64,000 nucleotides of DNA from Mustelus asterias (Eukaryota), in assembly GCF_964213995.1 (NCBI RefSeq), contig NC_135813.1:61132001-61196000 (forward strand), written 5' to 3'. The translations under genes and the position numbers were made by a program. Below the pieces are notes generated by a model. It saw nothing but the letters and a program-made list of their open reading frames with translations. It was not told the origin of the DNA and made no database searches. Of the stretch, positions 25,210 through 38,219 are shown piece after piece; position 1 is the stretch's first letter, and each line of letters begins with the position of its first letter.

Positions 25210-27799
25210 CGAAGCTCGATCGCTGGCCAGCCTGGGACCCCCGCAATGCTTCCCCTACACATGCTCCACGGTCTGTTCGCAGCCCACACAAGCATTCCCC
25301 GGCCAGCCCTGAACTCCACGCCACCCCCCCTCCCCTCCCGCGCCCTCCTGTCCTGAAGCACTGAAATCTCCAGCACCACCCTGCCCCCAGCAGTGACGAT
25401 TCCCATCCACCCCCCACGGCAGACCTCCCCCGCCCACCCCACTGACACCACCCCTGGGAGACAGACCCCTCCCACAGGAGGCAGATGCCCCACTGGGAGG
25501 AAGATCCCACCGATAGAACACTCCCCAGCCTGCTCCAATCGTTGGCCTCCCTCCAGCCCCAACAAATCACAATGCAGAGTGGCAGTTGGACCCCCCAAGC
25601 CCCATCGATCACCCCTAGGCCCCACCCACAATAGACCCTGCTCCGTAGGCTCTGCCCCCTTGGCACTGCCTGATGCCCGCTAGGCAGTGCCAATGTGCCC
25701 CCTGGGCATGGGCACTTTGTTCTATGTTCTAACCGGTCTCCAATGACGAAATCCAATGTAGGCCAAATGAGGTAGGTCCTTGCAGCTTTGGTGGGGCCGA
25801 GTTAGCGAACCCCACCGAGGGAAGTGAGGGGAGGGGGGTGTTCCCCTTGCCCGACACCAACACTCAGCTGCGGCCGTTAGATTAGTGTCTTGACATAGTC
25901 CGGTCCCAGCCAGGGGAATAATTGGAGTGCGGACAGGATGAAGCACCTGAGTGACTCTTAATAGGTCACTTAAGGGGCTCAATAGACTTAAAGGTGCGCG
26001 TGTCGCAGAACGAATTTGTTCTTCTCAATAGTTGGAGGAGATTTCTAATCAACACTGTAGAACAGCTCAGTGAGGCGATGGTGAGGTAGAGCTTCGTGCT
26101 TTCAGGGTGCATAAAGATCCTGATGTGCTTTCAGATAATGCCTACAAGGGGGAGCATGTGGGTGGGAAAAAGAATGGGGGCCAGGGACATATTGTTGAGT
26201 TGTTAGCATGGGAGCAGGACGAGAATCACTGCAGGCAAATCTGTGGATATTATCTGATAAATAATGATGTAACCAGATCACGAGAATGGGCCCAAGCAAC
26301 TGATCAACGGAGACCGACGCCAGTCCGAAAGGATTGAGCAGTAGGGCGGCACGGTGGCGCAGTGGTTAGCACTGCTACCTCACAGCGCCAGGGACCCGGT
26401 TTCAATTTGCAGCTTGGGTCACTGTCTGTGCGGAGTCTGCACTTTCTCCCCATGTCTGCGTGGGCTTTCTCCGCGTGCTTCGGTTCCCTCCCACAGTCCG
26501 AAAGACGTGCTGATTAGGTGCATTGGCCATGCTAAAGTCTCTCTTAGTGTACCCGTACAGGCGCCGGAGTTTGGCGACTCGGGGATTTTCGCAGTAACTT
26601 CATTGCAGTAATTGCAGTTTGGATTACAACCGGTAGTTGTAAGCCTAATTGTGACTAAAAATAAAGAAATTGTAAAGAACTTTAAAACATTAAAAAACAG
26701 GAATAGTTTGCTATCGATATAATTGAATCGAATGTAACTTTGATAAGGGTCGTATCAGTATTGTGGCTGAAGCAGAAACGCGATTGTGGGAATTCAATGC
26801 TGGAGTTGTTTGAGCGATAGTATGGATTTGGGTTTGGCAATATCTTCAAGTGGTTTAGAGAGGAAATGTTGACTGAAGATCGGCAGTAGTTTACAAGGAC
26901 AGAGGAACAAGGCTCTTTTCAAGTAGATGTCTGATGGTAATCGGTGTGAAAATATAACAATACCTGAGGAGAGATAGCAACTAATGGTATCAGCGAAAGT
27001 GGGGGCAAGAAAAGAAAGTTGGATGGTCAGTAGTTTAGCGGAAACATGGTCAACATGAATCTAACGGAAAAAATGAGTTGCGAAAGCGAATGAGGGGATA
27101 TATGAGAGAAAAAAATCCGATTCAACTATGATGCATGCGAAGTAGTGCTTCCTCATTTCACTCCTAAATAGCTTCGCTCTGATGAAAGAGTGTGCCCTAT
27201 TTTTCTGGATTGTGTTATTAGTGGAAATGATTTCTCTGGACCTATCCTATCACACTCGCTGATTTTAAATACCTCCATTAGGTATAGAGTGCAGGGGAAG
27301 GCAGACAGTGAGTTGCCTTGAATGATTGAGCACAAAAATGTTACTATTCCAATCTGTACACTCATTAAGGGTTTTAACTCTCTTCACTACATGCACTCGG
27401 TTTAGCAAAGCCACACAAATTGTTGCTTCAGCCACAGCCTCATATCAATCAAGAAACAAGAGATCCTGAAACATTTTCAACCACTTCTGTGCAAAATACC
27501 AGTGTTGGAAAGTCATGCCTTCTCAAATAGATAGTGCCTCTCGCCGTCGGTCAATAAGGCAGTTCCAAGTAAGGACAAAGTTCAACATGTCTTGCTTAGC
27601 CAGTGTTCCCGCAGCTTGTATTGGTATTAAATATGCTTCCATTATGTCGCATGGTCCAAATTGCCAAAACATGCTCTTGACTCCATCTATCCTCAGGTGC
27701 ACTATTTTAAGATACTGCTTGCGCAATCCTTGCTGAAATAAAAGTGTTTATTTTTTTATTACTGGGTTGTAACTCAGGAAATATCTGAGGCTCGTTTAG

Positions 27800-28222
27800 T
27801 GTGTGAGGTGAGGCGCTCTCATCGGAGATTCACCTAGATGCTGCCTGGGCTGTGGTTATTTTTCGTAGAACAGAGAAAGCTGAGGTGCTGGCTCATCGAG
27901 GTGCAAATAATCATGAACGATATAGATAGGAAGAACCCTTTCGCCTCAGTCGAGGGGTCAATAATCAGGGGGCATAGATTTAAGGTAAGAAGCAGGAGAT
28001 TTAGAGGAGATTTGAAGAAATTCTTCTTCAGCCAGAGGGTGCTGGGAATCTGGAACTCAATTTCTGCAAGGGTGGTGGAGGAAGGAACCCTCACGACATT
28101 TAAGAAACATATTTGATGAGGAATTGAAAACTCATTGCAGACAGGGCTACGGGTCAAGTGCTGGTGATTGAGTTGGAATAGATAGGTTTTTGGTGGTCGG
28201 CACAGACGCGAAGGGCCTCATT
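27800..28222 (+). mobile_element. Degenerate CR1 3' end
   Basis: RGHRFKV..FFSQRVLGIWNS motif. Confidence 0.8.
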
Positions 28223-28359
28223 CTGAGCTGAATTGCCCCCTCCAGTTTTAAAGGACAATACATAGTACGTTTAAGCAATCGGTCTTCAAAATGGAACCCT
28301 TTAGCAATTACTTCACCCTGACGAATCAGCCCTGTAGCCATTCATTATCCCACTATATC

Positions 28360-28482
28360 CGCGGCAATTGTACCGCCCCGTCCGCCACAGAATCAGAGCG
28401 GACGAGGGCGGACAACAGAAATGTCCCTTGACCTCGGGCGGGAATTTCCGGTCTCGATCGAGCGAGGCCGTAAAAATCCCGC
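28360..28482. mobile_element. Short GC-rich hairpin MITE-like element
   Basis: Internal inverted repeats ccgccc.gtccgc/gcggacgagggcgg and gcgggaattt.cggtctcg/cgaggccgtaaaaatcccgc. Confidence 0.5.
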
Positions 28483-30235
28483 AACTCGGTGTGAAAACCG
28501 AAACCCAGCATTCCAGATGTGATCTGATCAAGGCTGTAGACAACAGAAAGCATGACTTCCCCACTTTTTGGTTTGAATGCCCTTGTGATAAAGACAGGCA
28601 TTCTGTTTGATTTCTAATTTACCTTCTGGTCATGAAGTTTTTAGTGATTTATGTACAGGAACACCTAAATCCCTTTGTTTCAAAGCATCTCGCCGCTTCG
28701 CTTGAGGTAAATATTTCGAGCTACTCGCTATCATATTTTGGTCACAGAATCACAGAATTCACTGGTCCATTCGCTTAATTTATCTGTGAAGAGTCAGCTT
28801 TCGGTGCCTCCTCAACGTAACCTGATCTACCGACATGTTTATTAAGCTCTCTCACCCCCAATTTGAACGGCAAAATGATCTCGTTCCAGAAATTATCCTG
28901 AGAAAATTGCATTTGTCACATCCAGCCAATCAGGGAACAAATCCTTGATTAGTACTTTCTCTCTCCTACATAACCAATTCCCTACATATACGTTCAAATA
29001 AATTATTTATTCTTTCTGCCGCTGGGTCGACTTCATGTCTTCCTGTTTCGGACTCACTCACGGTGGAAAATCTTTCTCTGTGTTCCCGTATCACACCTTT
29101 TCCTAGCATTAAAGCCGCCTATTACACCTCCGCATCCTCTCCTCTGAGAACAGAGCACAATATATTCATTTTCCTGATTGGTACATCGTCCTAATTCCAG
29201 TAAAAATCTGGCAAATAGTTTTTGCACATTCTCATGTCTTACAAGATCATTTTTGAGGTATGTAGGCCATAGATGAGTACAACTCTATGAAACGCTAATA
29301 TATCCCGGGATGTTTTGATTTCTTCTTCTGTAAGTGCACCAGCACCTTGTTTGCACTTTTCACCAACTGTGCAACTTCTTGCTACTTTTAACAATTTATG
29401 TCTTGCAAGCCCAAATCTAACTGAAGAAATAAAACAATAATATATCAAAGGGATGCCCTGTCGACTTTGTGATTCGTGTGAAGATGAAGTTTTAAAAAAA
29501 ACAGACTTTCTTCTGAGCTGGCTTGAGTCAATGCCTCACTGAAAATGCATCTGGGCAAGTTGACTTGTTAGTAAAGCGCCTACTTCAGTATAATCATTAT
29601 AGGCCAATTAAAGAAATCGGATCGTTTATTTTTAAAATGATTTGCAGTCCCAGAGCCCGCATTGTATCGGGTGTATTAAAAGATGAGGCAGTGACGGAGT
29701 TTACCCTGAATATTTGTCACCAGGTGGTTTAGAAATATTTGCCCGTTTAATGTATTTTTGCAAATCTCGAGACGCTGTTCAGCCCTTTCATTACAATGGC
29801 AGAATATAACTAGGTCCATTTTTTAAAAATGTTGCAATATTACTTCATGGTGTTTATTTAATGTCATCGAACGTCTCTTTGTTGTGCCTGGATATCATTG
29901 GCTTTAAATAAAATGTGCAGAGTATCACAATGATATAATCTCACTATTTAATTCCCATTAGAATATTGCCATTAATTGTTTTTAAGGGAAAGAGAGAGAA
30001 TAACAGAACGTCGGTCGAGATAACAGTATAATGATTTTATTACACAGCGGTATCAATGACATTACACTGAAGCTTTGATCCATTCAGGGTGAATGCAGCT
30101 AAATTAAAACTAAGGGAATCAGCCGATCTGCTACAAACTGTGATGAAATGTTTGACATGTTCCACTGTTTGCGGAATTTATTTTGAAATGACACTTTACG
30201 AACGGCAGAATACAAGAATGCATTAGATGCATGAA

Positions 30236-30558
30236 TCAGATACAGTTGGATCTCGAGATGCTTGTTTGAAGCGGGTTTGCTTGAGTCTCGTGTTTGACCA
30301 CACAGGAGTAAAGCTCGTGTGAGTTCCACTCTGAGGCTGACAGAGTCAAATAACTGCTCACACTGAAGGTGTTGTCCGCCTCCTGCTGGATCCGACTGGT
30401 CTCAACCCCGTTCCCTCTGACGCTGCCATCTACAGTCCATTCAATCTCCGCAGCTCCCGGGTTAAAACCGCTCACCAAACACACCAGGGTCGCCATGTTC
30501 TTCGCTGTGATTTGATCCGATGAAGGCGGCAGGACAGACACAACGGGGCTCTGTGGAT
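30236..30558 (-). CDS. IGLC: Ig lambda constant exon CL1, intact frame
   Basis: Acceptor tttccAG (30559-30560), phase 1. PQSPVVSVLPPSSDQITAKNMATLVCLVSGFNPGAAEIEWTVDG...YSCVVKHETQANPLQTSISRSNCI* with both domain Cys and the penultimate interchain Cys. Minus-strand AATAAA at 30177-30182 and 30036-30041. Confidence 0.93.
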
Positions 30559-31445
30559 CTGGAAAGTAGAGACAAATGAGTGCACATCATTAAGAATCGG
30601 CATAAATGACTGAATCGTTGTTTCACCTTCTTCAAATTGTTTTTGAAAACCTGTATTTTTCTGCAAGTAATGTATAGATTTTATGTAGTGGAGTGTTATT
30701 GATGCCAAATGCAAAAGGGCCGGGACTCTCTTTTCTGGAACACATACAACCTGCGAATGTTTTCCTTCTTTCCCTGCACGAACAGGAACATGCAATTAGA
30801 ATCTGATCTAAAGGAAATAGTGGAGTTTGAAATATTAAAGAGAAAAATAAGACGGGAGGTTTATTGCATCCAGATGTGATCTGAGGCAACGCTGTCCGAA
30901 ACAAGCGTCGCGACCACCGAGAATTTCAGAATAACGTCAATCACTCAGAATTCGTGGTCAATATTGGAACTTATGCTGACCGCAACATTTCGATATTTTG
31001 CAACTCAAAAAACTCGATTCTAAACAATGAAATCGAATATTTGCTTCTGTCATAATTTACCCTTCTCTGACGCAAGTCCTACATACTGGACTGATATTTG
31101 GATTTGTGGACATTCTTTGCCACGGCTTCACACGGTGTCCCGCCCAGACTAACAGCGAATGAAGCGTAAATCTTAACAAATAACAACCTGTCGCGATGGA
31201 AATGTTTGGAGACATCTTTTGGGAGTGGAGTGTCACAAAAGATTTGTTACAGCAAAGATGACGAGTTTCTAACAAATATTGTAAATAATTCTAGTACATA
31301 ACAACATAACGTAACGAAACCCTCAAAAGGCCAGTAATAAACCAAACATGTGCTCATAATTATTTATCTCTCACACGTTGTCGCCAAAGCAGATGGATTG
31401 TGAGATCATACTGTGCTTAGATAGGGAGCCATGATTCTGACATTT

Positions 31446-32751
31446 AGAACATAGAACATAGAACAGTACAGCACAGAACAGGCCCTTCGGCCCACGATGT
31501 TGTGCCGAGCTTTATCTGAAACCAAGATCAAGCTATCCCACTCCCTATCATCCTGGTGTGCTCCATGTGCCGATCCAATAACCGCTTAAATGTTCCTAAA
31601 GTGTCTGACTCCACTATCACTGCAGGCAGTCCATTCCACACCCCAACCACTCTCTGCGTAAAGAACCTACCTCTGATATCCTTCCTATATCTCCCAACAT
31701 GAAGCCTATAGTTATGCTCCCTTGTAATAGCTCCATCCACCCGAGGAAATAGTCTTTGAACGTTCACTCTATCTATCCCCTTCATCATTTTATAAACCTC
31801 TATTAAGTCTCCCCTCAGCCTCCTCCGCTCCAGAGAGAACAGCCCTAGCTCCCTCAACCTTTCCTCATAAGACCTACCCTCCAAACCAGGCAGCATCCTG
31901 GTAAATCTCCTCTGCACTCTTTCCAGCGTTTCCACATCCTTCTTATAGTGAGGTGACCAGAACTGCACACAATATTCCAAATGTGGTCTCACCAAGGTCC
32001 TGTACAGTTGCAGCATAACCCCACAGATCTTAAACTCCAACCCCCTGTTAAAAATAGCTAACACACTATAGGCCTTCTTCACAGCTCTATCCACTGAGTG
32101 GCAACCTTCAGAGATCTGTGGATATGGACCCCACGATCTCTCTGTTCCTCCACAGTCTTCAGAACCCTACCTTTGACCCTGCAATCCACATTTAAAATAG
32201 TCCTACCAAAATGAATCACCTCACGTTTATCAGGGTTGAACTCCATTTGCCATTTTTCAGCCCAGCTTTGCATCCTAATCTATGTCTCTTTGCAGTCTAC
32301 AACAGCCCTCCACCTCATCCACTACTCCACCAATCTTGGTGTCATCAGCAAATTTCCTGATCCACCCTTCAGCCCCCTCCTCTAAGTCATTAATAAAAAT
32401 CACAAAGAGCAGAGGACCAAGCACTGATCCCTGTGGCACTCCGCTAGCAACCTGCCTCCAATCCGAAAAGTTTCCATCCACCACCACCCTCTGTCTTTGA
32501 TCAGACAGCCAGTTACCTATCCAATCGGCCAACTTTCCCTCTATCCCACACCTCCTCACTGTCATCATAAGCCGACCATGGGGGACCTTATCAAACGCCT
32601 TACTAAAATCCATGCATATGACATCAACTGCCCTACCTTCATCAACACACTTAGTTACCTCCTCAAAAAATTCAATCAAATTTGTGAGGCACGACTTGCC
32701 CTTCACGAATCCGTGCTGAATATCCCGGATTAATGCGCATCTTTCTAAATG
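31446..32751 (-). mobile_element. Young CR1 LINE (RT), subfamily A
   Basis: ORF-track RT fragments and a (TATGTTC)n tail at 31446. Confidence 0.93.
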
Positions 32752-34203
32752 CACAGGAAACAGGCCCTTCGGCCCTCCAAGCCTGTGCCGCTCCTTGGTC
32801 CAACTAGACCAATCGTTTGTATCCCTCCATTCCCAGGCTGCTCATGTGACTATCCAGGTAAGTCTTAAACGATGTCAGCGTGCCTGCCTCCACCACCCTA
32901 TTTGGCAGCGCATTCCAGGCCCCCACCACCCTCTGTGTAAAAAACGTCCCTCTGATGTCTGAGTTATACTTCGCCCCTCTCAGCTTGAGCCCGTGACCCC
33001 TCGTGATCGTTACCTCCGACCTGGGAAAAAGCTTCCCACTGTTCACCCTATCTATACCCTTCATAATCGTGTATACCTCTATTAGATCTCCCCTCATTCT
33101 CCGTCTTTCCAAGGAGAACAACCCCAGTCTACCCAATCTCTCCTCATAGCTAAGACCCTCCATACCAGGCAACATCCTGGTAAACCTTCTCTGCACTCTC
33201 TCCAATGCCTCCACGTCCTTCTGGTAGTGCGGCGACCAGAACTGGACGCAGTACTCCAAATGTGGCCTAACCAGTGTTCTATACAGCTGCATCATCAGAC
33301 TCCAGCTTTTGTACTCTATACCCCGTCCTATAAAGGCAAGCATACCATATGCCTTCTTCACCACCTTCTCCACCTGTGTTGCCACCTTCAAGGATTTGTG
33401 GACTTGCACACCTAGGTCCCTCTGTGTTTCTATACTCCTGATGACTCTGCCATTTATTGTATAACTCCTCCCTACATTATTTCTTCCAAAATGCATCACT
33501 TCGCATTTATCCAGATTAAACTCCATCTGCCACCTCTCCGCCCAATTTTCCAGCCTATCTATATCCTGCTGTATTGCCCGACAATGCTCTTCGCTATCCA
33601 CAATTCCAGCCATCTTCGTGTCATCCGCAAACTTGCTGATTACACCAGTTACACCTTCTTCCAAATCATTTATATATATCACAAATAGCAGAGGTCCCAG
33701 TACAGAGCCCTGCGGAACACCACTGGTCACAGACCTCCAGCCAGAAAAAGACCCTTCGACCACTACCCTCTGTCTCCTATGGCCAAGCCAGTTCTCCACC
33801 CATCTAGCCACTTCTCCTTGTATCCCATGAGCCTTAACCTTCTTAACCAACCTGCCATGTGGGACTTTGTCAAATGCCTTACTGAAATCCATATAGAAGG
33901 CATCCACTGCGCTTCCTTCATCAACCGTTTTTGTCACTTCCTCAAAAAACTCCACCAAATTTGTAAGGCACGACCTCCCTCTTACAAAACCATGCTGTCT
34001 GTCACTAATGAGATTGTTCCGTTCTAAATGCACATACATCCTGTCTCTAAGAATCCTCTCCAACAACTTCCCTACCACGGACGTCAAGCTCACCGGCCTA
34101 TAATTTCCTGGGTTATCCCTGCTACCCTTCTTAAACAATGGGACCACATTCGCTATCCTCCAATCCTCAGGGACCTCACCCGTGTCCAAAGAAGCGACAA
34201 AGA
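32752..34203 (-). mobile_element. Young CR1 LINE, subfamily B, with an uninterrupted RT/C-terminal ORF (~465 aa)
   Basis: [38 protein letters not shown] with no stops. The 3' tail repeats are missing. Confidence 0.95.
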
Positions 34204-35392
34204 ATAAGCAGGCGATAAATCGCTCGCCTTCTTTGAACACACCGGGCATGCCAGATATAGTCACTATTCAGCGCTTGCAGGGGGACGCCGCTGATCCTGA
34301 AAAAGATCTTTGGAATAGGCATGGATGTTCGCATTCTGCGTCATCAGGCCTCTGGGTCACTCCAGCAGGCCAGGTTTGTATACCAGATGCATTACTGCCT
34401 TTATTGCTTGACACCCACCTTGGGAATGAGGGAATGAATGGAATATTGCTTCGTACCTGGTGGCACCCCGACTAGCCGAGGCTGCTCAGTCTCGCATAGT
34501 ATCATGTTTAACATGCCAAAAATATAACATTGGCCAAGGCGTGAAGTGTTCACCAGGGAAAACACCCTTGCCGGGTGGCCCATTTGATTATATTCAGTTG
34601 GATTTTATTGAATTACCGCGTGTGCAGTGTTATAAGTATTGTCTTGTAATTGCTGATGTGTTTAGTAGATAGAGGCTTTCCCAACTACAAATAATAAGGC
34701 CTCAACAGTAGGAAAGCTGTTATTGACAGAAATAATACCGAGGTTCGGTGTACCCCAACAGATTAGCTCAGATAATCGCCCCCATTTCGTAGGGAAAATT
34801 AATAAGGAACTGTGTGACATATTACATATTCAGAAGCAGTTCCGCTGTGCCTACCACCCCCAGGCAGCAGGGATAGTGGAAAGAGCCAATGGGACCCTTA
34901 AAGCTAAGTTAGCCAAGCTAACATCTGAAACCGGTCTAAATTGGTTAAATGTCTTACCCTTAGCCCTCTACCACATGAGGATAACACCCCACTCTACCAC
35001 TGGATTATCCGCTGCAGAGAGAGTTTATGGTAGACCAAGCAGGACACCCTGGGATGCAAACACAAGTCCGCCCATCCAGGTAGACTTACACATTATGGGT
35101 GACGAATTGCAAAAATACTTCCGACAGCTAACACTGTCTTTAAAGTTTCTTCATTCACAGGTACTTTGAATCAACTCCACGGACACCGGATCAAGATTCT
35201 GACCCACAGGACTACTTCCCAGGACCACAGATAGGAGATCTCGTGCTGATGAAGACCTGGGATCGACCCAAACTTGGACCACGGTGGAAGGGACCATTCC
35301 AAGTTCTCCTCCAGACACCAACTGCAACCAAGGTTCAAGGACAACCTCGCTGGATACACCTGAGTGACTGTAAACGGTGGACCCAGTGATAA
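34204..35392 (+). mobile_element. pol: Endogenous retrovirus pol fragment (integrase), class I (gamma/epsilon-like), with stops and frameshifts
   Basis: CLTC zinc-binding half, IQLDFIELP (D), SSDN (D), VERANGTLK (E), and C-terminal PRWKGPFQVLL..TATKV..PRWIH.SDCK followed by TGA TAA. Confidence 0.9.
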
Positions 35393-35395
35393 ACC

Positions 35396-35735
35396 ATGAA
35401 GCTTATTCTCATCATCTTCAGCCTTTTGGCTATTTTCCTGGCACCAGGACAACCGGATCAATGGGAAGGAAGCCTGAAAGGTGGACTGACTAACGGACAA
35501 TCTCACTTTAACACCTTTTTGTACATGTCTTACGAGTATACTGTAAAGTTTAATGGAAGTCGGTGCTGGGCCTGCACACACATACCACCACATGCTAAAG
35601 AAGGGATTCCTCGGTCCTCTATTTCTCTCAATCCCCAGGAAATGATAGAGTGGATTTTGTATCAAAACGGGACTAGTAAGGACGGAAGAAAAAAAGGGGC
35701 CTGGGGGAACATTAGAGGACATTGGCTAATTAGAT
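35396..35735 (+). mobile_element. env: ERV env 5' fragment (signal peptide plus SU with CWAC motif)
   Basis: ACCATG directly after the pol stops, hydrophobic N-terminus MKLILIIFSLLAIFLA, gamma-type CXXC (CWAC), N-glycosylation sequons NGS and NGT. Confidence 0.8.
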
Positions 35736-36652
35736 AAGTGGAAAAGTGAATCGTGTGGAGGGCGTAGAAGATCTGCAGAGAGATTTGGACAGGCTGAGTG
35801 AGTGGGCGAGGATCTGGCAGATGGAGTATAACGTTAACAAATGCGAGGTTATTCACTTTGGAGGAAATAATAGCAAATTGGATTATTATCTAAATGGAAA
35901 GAAATTACAACATGCTTCTGTGCAGAGGGACCTGGGGGTCCTTGTGCATGAGACGCAAAAACCCAGTCTGCAGGTGCAACAGGTGATCAAGAAGGCAAAT
36001 GGGATGTTGGCCTATATCGCAAGGGGGATAGAATATAAAAGCAGAGATGTCTTGCTGCATCTGCACAGGGCATTGGTGAGGCCGCAGCTGGAATACTGTG
36101 TGCAGTATTGGTCCCCTTATTTGCGGAAGGATATATTGGCCTTGGAGGGAGTGCAGAGAAGGTTCACCAGGTTGATACCAGAGATGAGGGATGTTGATTA
36201 TGAGGAGAGACTGAGCAGATTGGGTTTGTATCCGTTGGACTGTAGAAGGCTGAGGGGCGATCTTATAGAGACCTATAAGATAATGAAGGGGCTGGATAGG
36301 GTAGAGATGGAGAGATTCTTTCCACTTAGAAAGGAAACTAGAACTAGAGGGCACAGCCTCAAAATAAAGGGGGGTCAGTTTAGGACAGAGTTGAGGGGGA
36401 ACTTCTTCTCTCAGAGGGTGTTGAATCTCTGGAATTCTCTGCCCACTGAAGTGGTGGAGGCTACCTCGTTGAATATGTTTAAATCACGGATAGATGGATT
36501 CCTGATCGGTAAGGGAATTAGGGGTTATAGTGATCAGGCGGGTAAGTGGAACTGATCCACTTCAGGTCAGCCATGATCTTATTGAATGGCGGGACAGGCT
36601 CGAGGGGCTAGATGGCCCACTCCTGCTCCTATTTCTTATGTTCTTATGTTCT
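35736..36652 (+). mobile_element. Young CR1 LINE 3' fragment
   Basis: 269-aa open frame LQRDLDRLSEWA..FFSQRV and a (TTATGTTC)n tail. Confidence 0.93.
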
Positions 36653-36984
36653 TTCCTCCCACCGATTTTAAGATGAATAGTAGTTAATTCTTTGCACATA
36701 CTCTATTTAAGTTCTTAAATATAGGTGTGACTTTAATTATATGGCAGTCATCTGCCACTGTACCTTTTGCTCCGAACGGTTTATTAAATATATGTCTCTA
36801 TTATCTATTCGTGGGAATATTTTGTAATCCCCCAATCATGGGGTTTATCCTCTCTGGGTTAAATTAATTTATTGCATATATTCTTAATCAGAGTTTAAAC
36901 GCAAGTATTTCATTCCTCATTTTATCATCCAGTGTTACATCTACCCGCTGTGTCTCCCTCGTAAATGCAAATGATATTAGAATC

Positions 36985-37268
36985 CCTAAAGTGCAGATGG
37001 ATGCCAATCGAGTCAGCACCGACAACAATCACACACAGCCCCTAACAGCATAACCCCACGTATTTATCCTGCTAATCTCCCTGATATTAAGGTTCAATTT
37101 AGCATGGTCAATCAACTTAACCCGCACGTTTTGGACTGTGGGCGGAAACCGGAACAGGAGGAAAATGTGCACACTCCACACAAACAGTGACCCAAGGTCG
37201 GAATTGAACGTCGGTCCCTGGCGCTGTGAGGCAGCAATGCTAACCTTTGTGCTATCATGGGACGGCAT
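36985..37268 (-). mobile_element. HE1-like V-SINE (other copies ~43345-43680 minus, 54788-55106 plus, 56151-56432 plus, ~61590-61750 plus)
   Basis: tRNA head, V-domain and CR1-type tail ggtgcagactcgatgggcc..ctgcactgt..gattctatg. Confidence 0.8.
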
Positions 37269-38219
37269 TGCTAGGCACTGATAATATATATTGTGCCATC
37301 TCTCCCTACCTGCGATATTAGCCTGCCCACCACTCGGATGAACATCTTTCCGTGCTAATATTCCTTTCTGTGCCGGGAAAAGAGTTTACTACTTTGTTCC
37401 CTGTTTAACGATAATTTAACACAATAGTTCGTCGTTGCCTTACTAATATTCTGACTTTTTGGCAACGAGAGGGATGTATTGATAGCAGAAATAAAAATAG
37501 ATGAGCATGATATGATCTCCATCAAAGGGTTGTCGTTAGAAAGTGACTAAAGCTTGGACCTGAATATTTAAGGGCATCTGGCGTTTCGGAAGAATTGGCA
37601 AAAGGTATAGAAGATGGGATAGCTCTGTCTTAAAAAATGGCGATGAATACGGTAGTGACAAATATTTATATATTATTATTTATGTTAGTTATTTATTTTT
37701 ATTAGTGTCACAAGTCAACCTCCATTTACATTGCAATTAAGTTACTGTGAAAATCCCCCAGTCGCCAAAGTCCGGCACGTTTCCGGGTACACTGAGGGAG
37801 AATTTATATTGATATTAGCGGGGTAAATACGTGCTATTCCAGTTCCCACTGACGTTGAGATGGATAGGGTCTGGGTGGGGTCCGAAGCAGAGTCAGTGCA
37901 GACTCGATGATGCGAATGGCGTCGTCTGCACTGTAGGGATTTTATGTCTCGAATCTGGACTGTTCTAAATATTTTACGTTTAAGGTTTCAATTAATGTTT
38001 CTAGTTTAAAGTTAAAGTTTATTTATTAGTGCCACAAGTAGGCTTACATTAGCACTGCAATGAAGTTGCTGTGAAAATCCCCTAATCTCGCACTCCGGCG
38101 CCAGTCGGATGCACTCAGGGAGAATTTATCACGGCCAATGTACCTAACCAGCACGTCTTTCGGACTGTGGGAGGAAATCGGAGTGCCCGGAGGAATCCCA
38201 CGCAAGCAAGCAGAAATGA

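Larger units (their letters stand above)
16172..27740. repeat. Segmental tandem duplication, copy 2
   Basis: Ends at ...gcaatccttgctgaaataa (~27740), the same sequence that ends copy 1 (~16168). Confidence 0.9.

Noticed and set aside
32804-34264. 486-aa ORF as a host gene or complete ORF2
   Set aside because: It is a 5'-truncated CR1 RT. Its first ~20 residues are antisense ERV sequence and there is no endonuclease domain.
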